This document shows, one piece after another, positions 55,590 to 62,983 of a stretch of DNA of 64,000 bases. Both the position numbers and the translations under genes were made by a program. Position 1 is the stretch's first letter. Every line of letters begins with the position of its first letter. The notes beneath the pieces are model-generated. The model made no database searches. It was given only the letters and a program-made list of their open reading frames with translations, and was not told where the DNA came from. The DNA is taken from positions 248,001 to 312,000 of the IMG/VR virus record IMGVR_UViG_3300020477_000990. The stretch is one strand, 5' to 3'.

Positions 55590-55597
55590 TATTTATA
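55590..55597 (-). promoter_or_regulatory. late promoter TATAAATA on the minus strand, leaderless geometry
   Basis: 5 nt before the minus-strand ATG at 55584. Confidence 0.6.
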
Positions 55598-55655
55598 GTG
55601 CTTATTTTACTAGGAAATACTATATATAGTGGCCTATTTTTTTGGCATTTTTTGG

Positions 55656-55683
55656 TTGACAGATCTCTAATATATGCTATATT
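55656..55683 (+). promoter_or_regulatory. sigma70-type promoter TTGACA-N16-TATATT (TGn)
   Basis: divergent from the late promoter; AAGGAG downstream. Confidence 0.65.
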
Positions 55684-55710
55684 AAATTATAAACTATTTT
55701 AAAGGAGAAG

Positions 55711-55908
55711 ATGCAAATGTCATCAAAAGTAATATTTAAAAATGTAAGCCTATCAAAAAAACCAGAAGAGGCTTTATACAAAGTAGTAAAAACGGCTAAT
55801 GTAACAGATACAACTATTAATGGCCAACTTTACAATACACAAGAATTAAACGGCTTTTTAAAGTCATTATCAACTAGACATATTAACTGGGAGATTATAA
55901 GTGAGTAA
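55711..55908 (+). CDS. small hypothetical protein
   Basis: promoter and SD upstream. Confidence 0.65.
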   Translation: MQMSSKVIFKNVSLSKKPEEALYKVVKTANVTDTTINGQLYNTQELNGFLKSLSTRHINWEIISE

Positions 55909-56587
55909 TCAAATGAAAAAAATTGTTCCTACTTACGATACTAAAATTGCTCTAGCAGTTGCTAATAATGTTTATGTTAAGCACGGTTACGTTAGAACTA
56001 CTGAAGCAACATTTGGTGAACGTCAATCTAATAAGCAAAGAGTTACTGAAGCTCTTGCTAAAGAGAATCCAAAATATACTAAAAAAGATATGGCAATGGC
56101 TGAAGAAATTATTGATCATTATCAAGGATTGTTATTATTTAAATTAGGTGATAAGCAAAGCGATTTTCAAGAATCTGTATTATCTTGTATTGCACAAGAT
56201 ACAGTTCAATATAAAATGTTAGGTGTGTTGGCTTCTTTACCACACACTTATAAATGTACTATTGAAAGAGAAAAAAGGCAAGAACACGAAAAGAAAATGG
56301 CAAAAGAAAGTTCATTTGTAGGCGAAGCAAAGAAAAGAAATATATTTGATATTGTAGTTGAAATGGTTAAACCATTACCACATAAAGGTTTGAACATTAT
56401 TACATTTTTAGATTCTAACAAAAACATTATTAAGTATTTTACACCTAATGATCCTGCTGTAGATGGAATTGTAATAGGTGCTAATTTACAAATTAGTGGA
56501 TATGTTAAAGATCATCAAATTAACAAATATAATAATGGTAAAGAAACTATTGTTAATAGAATTAAAGTATTAAGGATTGAAAAATAA
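55901..56587 (+). CDS. hypothetical protein with a probable C-terminal OB fold
   Basis: beta-rich C-terminus ...ISGYVKDH...ETIVNRIKV. Confidence 0.55.
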   Translation: MSNQMKKIVPTYDTKIALAVANNVYVKHGYVRTTEATFGERQSNKQRVTEALAKENPKYTKKDMAMAEEIIDHYQGLLLFKLGDKQSDFQESVLSCIAQDTVQYKMLGVLASLPHTYKCTIEREKRQEHEKKMAKESSFVGEAKKRNIFDIVVEMVKPLPHKGLNIITFLDSNKNIIKYFTPNDPAVDGIVIGANLQISGYVKDHQINKYNNGKETIVNRIKVLRIEK

Positions 56588-56874
56588 TGTCAGGATGGAT
56601 ATTAGCTATATGGATTACCTTTGTTCCTTTGGAAGCAGGTAAAGAACCACAAGAATTACAATTAAGTATTCCACATGATTCATACAAATCATGTCAAGAA
56701 GAAGTTAGTAAGATAGATAAATTTATGTTTACTATGCCAGGATTAACTTTAAAAGTTGATGCAGAATGCCAACCAAATGAAAATTATTGCACAGATGATG
56801 GTTGCCCAGATTTTTATAAAGAAGATATAATAGAGGAAAATAATGTACAAAGTCATACAAGAACTAGAATCTAA
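56587..56874 (+). CDS. small exported or membrane hypothetical protein with Cys residues
   Basis: hydrophobic N-terminus, four Cys. Confidence 0.5.
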   Translation: MSGWILAIWITFVPLEAGKEPQELQLSIPHDSYKSCQEEVSKIDKFMFTMPGLTLKVDAECQPNENYCTDDGCPDFYKEDIIEENNVQSHTRTRI

Positions 56875-58153
56875 TAATTCTAGATTATTTAAAGAAGATG
56901 TTATTAAGAGAGAAGCAGAATCTAATAACATTGAATTTTTTAGTGGTGCCAAATTAGCATTAGATCCGTTGGCTACATTTGGAGTTAAACAAGTTCCAAC
57001 AACAGATACAAATGGAGCAGGATTATCATTTGACGAGTTTACTGAAGTTGTAGATAAATTAATGGCACGTGAATTAACAGGACACGCCGCAAGAGATGCC
57101 ATACAAGATTTAGCCAACCAAGCAACAAAAGAGCAATGGAATGATTGGTATAGAAGAATACTAATTAAAGATTTAAGATGTGGTGTTAGTGAAAAGACTG
57201 TAAACAATGTTGTTAAGAAAGCAAATAAAGATTATACTATACCGGTTTTTAAATGTATGTTAGCACACGATTCAGCTAATCATGAAAAGAAATTAGTAGG
57301 TGAAAAACTTTTAGATTATAAATTAGATGGTGTTAGAGTATTGGCTATCTATGATGCTAAAGCAGATTCAGTTACAATGTATTCAAGAAATGGTAAGCAG
57401 TTTATTAACTTTGGGCATATAGAAGAAGAAATACTTAATACAATTGCAAGTAAGTTTTCAGAGTCTATGGTATTAGATGGTGAAATGGTTAGTAGTTCGT
57501 TTCAAGCATTAATGAAACAAGTGCATAGAAAAGATAATGTTCAAGCCAAAGATGCTCAATATGCCTTATTTGATGTATTAACATTAAAAGAGTTTATGTC
57601 GGGTGGAACTAAAAAAGGTTGTTGGGACAGGCATTTACAATTACAAGATTTACTTAAAGATGCTAAAGAAGATAGCAATATGTTTGTAGTAGATAAAGTA
57701 GAATGTAATTTTGATACAAAAGAAGGTCAAAAAATATTTAAAGATTATAATGCAATGGCAATTGAAAAAGGTTTTGAAGGTATAATGATTAAAGATAGAG
57801 ATGCTCCATATGAGTGTAAAAGAAGTCATTATATGTTAAAAGCAAAACCATTTATTGAAGTAAGTTTAGAAGTTAAATCAACAGAAGAAGGTACAGGTAG
57901 AAACAAAGGTAAACTTGGTGCATTAATTTGTGAAGGCACAGATGATGGAAAGTTTATTAGAGTTAATGTTGGTAGCGGATTAAGTGATGCTAATAGAGAT
58001 GAATTTTGGGCTAGTAAGGATAAACTTATTGGACAAATTGTAGAAGTAAGGGCAGATGCTATAACTAAAAACCAAGAAGCTGATAATGAATGGAGTTTAA
58101 GATTTCCTAGATTCCTAAGATTTAGAGGCTTTGAAATAGGAGAAAAAATATAA
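56843..58153 (+). CDS. lig: ATP-dependent DNA ligase
   Basis: YKLDGVR (KxDG), LDGEM, FDVL, EGIMIK, AKPF, SLRFPRF. Confidence 0.95.
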   Translation: MYKVIQELESNNSRLFKEDVIKREAESNNIEFFSGAKLALDPLATFGVKQVPTTDTNGAGLSFDEFTEVVDKLMARELTGHAARDAIQDLANQATKEQWNDWYRRILIKDLRCGVSEKTVNNVVKKANKDYTIPVFKCMLAHDSANHEKKLVGEKLLDYKLDGVRVLAIYDAKADSVTMYSRNGKQFINFGHIEEEILNTIASKFSESMVLDGEMVSSSFQALMKQVHRKDNVQAKDAQYALFDVLTLKEFMSGGTKKGCWDRHLQLQDLLKDAKEDSNMFVVDKVECNFDTKEGQKIFKDYNAMAIEKGFEGIMIKDRDAPYECKRSHYMLKAKPFIEVSLEVKSTEEGTGRNKGKLGALICEGTDDGKFIRVNVGSGLSDANRDEFWASKDKLIGQIVEVRADAITKNQEADNEWSLRFPRFLRFRGFEIGEKI

Positions 58154-58398
58154 TGGACATTTGGGTTAATCCTGTACAGGAAAATAAAATAAGAAAGTTA
58201 GGATTTACTATTCCTGAAAGACCAGGAAGAGGTAAAGTTTTTTATGAAAATGAAGAAGTAGGTTTTATTGATGACTTTATTGGAATAAGAATAGAAGATA
58301 ATAAAACAGACGCAATTATAAAGTTATTGGACAATGAAGAAGCATTGAAATTATGTATATGGAATCCACCGTCAATAGAAAGAACTAACCATGGATAA
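58153..58398 (+). CDS. hypothetical protein
   Basis: 81 aa, coupled. Confidence 0.55.
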   Translation: MDIWVNPVQENKIRKLGFTIPERPGRGKVFYENEEVGFIDDFIGIRIEDNKTDAIIKLLDNEEALKLCIWNPPSIERTNHG

Positions 58399-58654
58399 TA
58401 TTATAAACATAAAAGAATTAAGAACTAAAAAGAATAAACAAGCAAGTAATAGTGCTGAAGAAATATGTCAGCATGGATTTAAAGGATTGCTATCTCATAT
58501 GTATGCAAGTGGCTTTCCTATCATGGAGCCAGAATTCCAAAAAGATTTATCAATAGCATTTAAATTTATTCATGCCGCAGTTTCTAGGCAATATGGTTTA
58601 GAAAGTCCTTTTATAGAAGCAATAGACGAGTTTAAGAAGAACCAAAAGTTCTAA
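58391..58654 (+). CDS. hypothetical protein
   Basis: 87 aa, coupled. Confidence 0.55.
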   Translation: MDNIINIKELRTKKNKQASNSAEEICQHGFKGLLSHMYASGFPIMEPEFQKDLSIAFKFIHAAVSRQYGLESPFIEAIDEFKKNQKF

Positions 58655-58908
58655 TGATAACTAAAGAGCAGTATAAAAACTTAAAGGCCTATTACGATTA
58701 TCAAAGATTAAAAGAATATAATAAAGAAAAGTTAAGAGAAAAGATATTTCATTTAGTAAAGCAATTTGACGATGAAGATGGAGATGATTTCAATATTGAT
58801 ACAATATTTGAAAGAATGTGGGCAGATATGAAAGAAGAAGATTATGATAGGCCTATTCCATGGAGTTGGGTTCCTAAAGATCCTAAATGGAGATTGTGGA
58901 ATGAATAA
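58654..58908 (+). CDS. hypothetical protein
   Basis: 84 aa, coupled. Confidence 0.55.
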   Translation: MITKEQYKNLKAYYDYQRLKEYNKEKLREKIFHLVKQFDDEDGDDFNIDTIFERMWADMKEEDYDRPIPWSWVPKDPKWRLWNE

Positions 58909-58918
58909 TAAAAAAGTA

Positions 58919-58947
58919 TTGATTTTTTAATTAAACTATTGTATTAT
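58919..58947 (+). promoter_or_regulatory. sigma70-type promoter TTGATT-N17-TATTAT, leaderless geometry
   Basis: -10 ends 6 nt before the ATG at 58954. Confidence 0.55.
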
Positions 58948-58953
58948 AAACAT

Positions 58954-59202
58954 ATGGTCGACAGCAAAATAGTAAATTTAGATAAAATCCGGAAAACAAG
59001 AAAAAGAAAAAGTCCAAGTAAAACTTCAAAAGCATTTGATCTTGGTGATTTATTAAAATGTGATCTCGAGAAAGCTAGAAAAATGCTAGAAAGTGTTTTT
59101 CCAGGACACAATATATTAGAAGTTATAGATGATGGTAAGAAGAGATTATTAATTAGAGGTCCAAAGTTAAATTGTGTGTTGACAGCGAGGGAAGATTTAT
59201 GA
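58954..59202 (+). CDS. small basic hypothetical protein
   Basis: ATG at 58954, in frame with the track ORF. Confidence 0.55.
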   Translation: MVDSKIVNLDKIRKTRKRKSPSKTSKAFDLGDLLKCDLEKARKMLESVFPGHNILEVIDDGKKRLLIRGPKLNCVLTAREDL

Positions 59203-60209
59203 AAAAAATAGTATGTTTAGGGACTAGTCATACTTATGGTGGAGCAAATGAACGAAACTATACATTTGATGAAGCATGGCCAGGACAGTTAAGTAAGTAT
59301 CTTAAAGACAATGGTGTTGATAATTATGTTTATAACGGAGGTGAAAGTTCTTTTTCATCTTTCTTCTATCCAACTAAAATTATAAATTTTTATAATGAAT
59401 ATAAACCAGATATGTTTGTTATTGAAGTACCTGATACAGATAAAGTTGATATTGAAATATCAAGTGCTATTACAGGGCATTATATTAAAAAGCATGGCGG
59501 AAGAGATAGTAAGCCGTATCATCCAATTTATGCAAGGCAAAGAGTACTAACACAAGATTGGGAACGTGGAGAACAATATAATTGGCCCAATAGAAAAAGT
59601 ATATCTAAAGGTGAAGCAGTAGATTTTTATCATGGAGCAGACACTACAGTAAAAATTAAAGAATTTTTTAAAGGTGAAACAGGAAGAGCAGTAAAAGAAT
59701 TTTATGAAAGTGCTAGTTTAGGTGATCATGAAAGAGATAATGTTAAAAGAAAATTTAATGAGTTATACACAGCCTTAGGAAGAAATGATGAAAATTTTAA
59801 AGCAATGCTGGCTTATTGTTATTTTCATTCAGTATTCATAGATATGAGTGACTTTGAAGTATCTTGTTATCTTGCAAATTTAATGAATATAATTAATACT
59901 TTAAAAATGTTGAATGTTAAATTTTCGTTGCATTCACACGTAAACAGACAGCATTGGTTAGATCATTTTATATATAAAGAAACATATGAGCCAATTATTA
60001 ATAAACCAGACTATTGGATGACAGGTGATATGGATTGGTCTGTAAAAAAATGGGCAATAGATAAATGCACGTCAAATAATCGTAGTGATAAAGAAGCACA
60101 AGAAGAATGGGAGAAAATGAAATCAGATAAAGTTCATTTTCATCCATGGGTTTATACAATGCTTATTGATGAAGTGTTTGGACCAGAAATATTAAGAAAG
60201 TTAAAATAA
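59199..60209 (+). CDS. SGNH/GDSL hydrolase-like protein
   Basis: IVCLGTSHTYG block I; DKVH (DxxH) block V. Confidence 0.6.
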   Translation: MKKIVCLGTSHTYGGANERNYTFDEAWPGQLSKYLKDNGVDNYVYNGGESSFSSFFYPTKIINFYNEYKPDMFVIEVPDTDKVDIEISSAITGHYIKKHGGRDSKPYHPIYARQRVLTQDWERGEQYNWPNRKSISKGEAVDFYHGADTTVKIKEFFKGETGRAVKEFYESASLGDHERDNVKRKFNELYTALGRNDENFKAMLAYCYFHSVFIDMSDFEVSCYLANLMNIINTLKMLNVKFSLHSHVNRQHWLDHFIYKETYEPIINKPDYWMTGDMDWSVKKWAIDKCTSNNRSDKEAQEEWEKMKSDKVHFHPWVYTMLIDEVFGPEILRKLK

Positions 60210-61261
60210 TGAGAATTAATAACGAACCAAAATTAAATTTTGAAGACGTTTTATTACAGCCAAAACGTTCTACACTACAATCACGTAAAGATGTTGATAT
60301 GATGCGTAAATTTACTTTTCGAAATTCAAAAAAAGTATTAAGTTTTTTACCTATTTTTGCAAGTAATATGGATGGTGTTGGTACATTTAGTATGGCAAAA
60401 GTATTACAAGAATATAAAATGATGACAGTAATAACAAAAACTACTACTCCAGATCAATGGAAAGAAGCAGTAGGGTCAGGATTAAGATTACAATCAGTTG
60501 CAGTATGTACTGGTACAAATAAAATGTTTGATGATGAAGCAGAAGATTATACTAGTATGCAACGAGTATTAGATAGTTTTCCTGATATTAAATTTATTTG
60601 TATTGATGTTGCCAATGCTTATCATCAAAATATGGTTGGGTTTGTAAAAAAAGTAAGAGAAGAATATCCAGATAAAGTTATTATAGCAGGTAACGTAGTT
60701 ACACCTGAAATGACAGAAGAATTAATTATTAGTGGTGCTGATGTAGTTAAAATTGGAATAGGACCAGGTAGTGTTTGTACAACAAGAACAATGGCTGGTG
60801 TAGGAGTTCCACAATTTTCAGCAATACTAGAATGTGCAGATGCGGCCAATGGTGTTGATGGACACATAATGGCAGATGGCGGATGTACAACACCTGGTGA
60901 TATTGCAAAAGCATTAGGTGGAGGTGCCCATATGGTAATGATCGGCGGTATGTTAGCAGGGCATGATGAATCAGAAATCCCATCTACTGATGGGAAACGA
61001 GAATTCTACGGTATGAGTTCAGATCGTGCAAGAGAAGTACACGGTAAAAGAAAAGATGGCTATAGAGGTAATGAAGGAAGATTAATTCATTTACCTGATA
61101 GAGGTCCAGTTAAAGATACAGTAGAAGATATACTTGGGGGTGTAAGAAGTGCTTGTACATATATTGGAGCAAGAAGATTAAAAGATATGCCTAAATGTGC
61201 TACCTTTGTTACAACTCAAAATATAATTAACAGGGTATACGAAAACTATACTCAAAAATAA
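60209..61261 (+). CDS. guaC: GMP reductase
   Basis: LNFEDVLLQPKRSTL.SR, ASNMDGVG, DVANAY, KIGIGPGSVCTTR, FYGMSS, GVRSACTY. Confidence 0.95.
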   Translation: MRINNEPKLNFEDVLLQPKRSTLQSRKDVDMMRKFTFRNSKKVLSFLPIFASNMDGVGTFSMAKVLQEYKMMTVITKTTTPDQWKEAVGSGLRLQSVAVCTGTNKMFDDEAEDYTSMQRVLDSFPDIKFICIDVANAYHQNMVGFVKKVREEYPDKVIIAGNVVTPEMTEELIISGADVVKIGIGPGSVCTTRTMAGVGVPQFSAILECADAANGVDGHIMADGGCTTPGDIAKALGGGAHMVMIGGMLAGHDESEIPSTDGKREFYGMSSDRAREVHGKRKDGYRGNEGRLIHLPDRGPVKDTVEDILGGVRSACTYIGARRLKDMPKCATFVTTQNIINRVYENYTQK

Positions 61262-61273
61262 TTAGGGGGGTGT

Positions 61274-62209
61274 ATGAAAATAATCGCCGGGCAAAGTAAT
61301 AGAAATTTAGCAGAATCTATTGCAGAGCATTGTTTTACTAGTTTAGTTCCTGCTAACATTGGAACATTTGCAGACGGCGAATGTTCAGTTGAATTATTAG
61401 AGAATGTTCGAGGAGAAGATTGTTTTATAATTCAATCAACAAGTTCACCAGTTAATGATAATTTAATGGAATTGTTAATTATGATTGACACACTTAAAAG
61501 AGCATCAGCGAAACGTATTACAGCAGTTATGCCATATTTTGGTTATGCAAGGCAAGATAGAAAGAGTGCATCACGTACTCCTATTACGGCAAGATTAGTT
61601 GCTAACTTATTAACTGAAGCAGGTGCAAATAGAATTTTAACAATGGATCTTCATGCTGGGCAGATACAAGGATTTTTTAATATACCTGTTGATGATTTAA
61701 CATCTAGATTATTGTTTGTAAAAGATATTAAAAGGAAATTGCAAGATGAAGCAACTAAAACAGTTTTTGTATCACCAGATGCAGGAGGAGTTGTAAGGGC
61801 AAGAAAATTTGCAGATGCATTTAGTGGCATGATTGCAATTGTTGATAAAAGAAGATCAAGACCAGGTGTTAGTGAAGCTATGCACGTTATTGGTAATGTA
61901 AGAGATAAACACGCAATATTAGTTGATGATATGGTAGACTCAGGCGGCACACTTTGTAATGCGGCAAAAATATTATTGGCCAAAGGTGCGTTAAGTGTAA
62001 GAGCATATATTACTCATGGAGTATTAACAAATGATTCTTGTAAAAAAATTCAGGATAGTGATTTAAAAGAATTGGTTATAACAGATTCTATAAAATATAA
62101 TTGTCCTCCAGAAATTACAAAAATTAAAATAGTATCAATTGATAAATTGTTTGGAGAAGCTCTTAGAAGAGTAACAAATGAGGAATCAGTAAGTACCTTA
62201 TTTTCTTAA
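61274..62209 (+). CDS. prs: ribose-phosphate pyrophosphokinase
   Basis: [39 protein letters not shown]. Confidence 0.96.
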   Translation: MKIIAGQSNRNLAESIAEHCFTSLVPANIGTFADGECSVELLENVRGEDCFIIQSTSSPVNDNLMELLIMIDTLKRASAKRITAVMPYFGYARQDRKSASRTPITARLVANLLTEAGANRILTMDLHAGQIQGFFNIPVDDLTSRLLFVKDIKRKLQDEATKTVFVSPDAGGVVRARKFADAFSGMIAIVDKRRSRPGVSEAMHVIGNVRDKHAILVDDMVDSGGTLCNAAKILLAKGALSVRAYITHGVLTNDSCKKIQDSDLKELVITDSIKYNCPPEITKIKIVSIDKLFGEALRRVTNEESVSTLFS

Positions 62210-62218
62210 ATTATAGAC

Positions 62219-62251
62219 TAAATAGTTGTATACTTTCAAAGGTACAACTAT
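62219..62251 (+). promoter_or_regulatory. late promoter TAAATA embedded in a hairpin that covers the RBS and ATG
   Basis: ATAGTTGTA (62222-30) / TACAACTAT (62243-51). Confidence 0.55.
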
Positions 62252-62516
62252 GTCTATTAAAAACAAAGCAAAAGAGGATCTTGAAATAATTGATATTACC
62301 TTATTGTTAAGGCAAAGGCGATGTCGAGATTCGATAGATGAAGAATTACAAAAAATGCAGATGTATGATTCCTATTATGGAGATGCGGACATTATATTAG
62401 AAGGTAAGATATATCGTTTACAGCCATTTGTAATTCATAGAAGAACAGGTAAAAGAATAGATGTATTGTATAATGAAGATACACACAAAGTCGAAGCTCA
62501 TATTATTCCGCAGTAG
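62250..62516 (+). CDS. hypothetical protein
   Basis: ATG at 62250; stop codon lies inside tRNA-Asn. Confidence 0.5.
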   Translation: MSIKNKAKEDLEIIDITLLLRQRRCRDSIDEELQKMQMYDSYYGDADIILEGKIYRLQPFVIHRRTGKRIDVLYNEDTHKVEAHIIPQ

Positions 62517-62582
62517 CTCAGTTGGTAGAGCAGTTGACTGTTAATCAATTGGTCGCAGGTTCGAGTCCTGCCTGCGGAGCCA
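62507..62582 (+). tRNA. tRNA-Asn(GTT)
   Basis: TCCGCAG/CTGCGGA acceptor, GTTGA-ctgttaa-TCAAT, CCA. Confidence 0.96.
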
Positions 62583-62599
62583 GTTAAGATATTATTAAA

Positions 62600-62866
62600 A
62601 TGTATAGAAGAAAGCAGTTTAAAAAACATAAGAAACATCCTAGTGAATTTAAAAAAACTAGTTACAATCGTACTGGCGATTTTAAGCATAATAATAATGG
62701 TTATAATAAAGTACGTAGTTTATCAAAAAATTCAAAATATCAAAGACTATCACAGATAGATAAAGAGTTAGCAGATATTGTATTTGAACCAGAATATAGA
62801 GCTGGTGACAGATATGATAAATTATTGCTAGAACGTTGGCGATTACGTTACGAATTAGGCCTCTAA
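62600..62866 (+). CDS. small basic hypothetical protein
   Basis: 88 aa, K/R-rich. Confidence 0.55.
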   Translation: MYRRKQFKKHKKHPSEFKKTSYNRTGDFKHNNNGYNKVRSLSKNSKYQRLSQIDKELADIVFEPEYRAGDRYDKLLLERWRLRYELGL

Positions 62867-62920
62867 AAACTATATATATAATAGAAAAAGCATAAATATT
62901 AAAAAGTACATATATTTCTA

Positions 62921-62980
62921 TGACTTGGGCGTAAGCCCGGACAGTCCAATTAGTTGGATACGAAGGGCTGACATGGAGAC
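62921..62980 (+). ncRNA. structured GC-rich leader of the tail-fibre gene
   Basis: GGGC-gtaa-GCCC and TCCAA-ttag-TTGGA hairpins; alternative AGCCC/GGGCT pairing. Confidence 0.4.
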
Positions 62981-62983
62981 AAA

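Noticed and set aside
61274-62209. NARP1 ADPR-PP synthetase
   Set aside because: The sequence keeps all canonical Prs motifs and has no adjacent Namat/Nampt gene.
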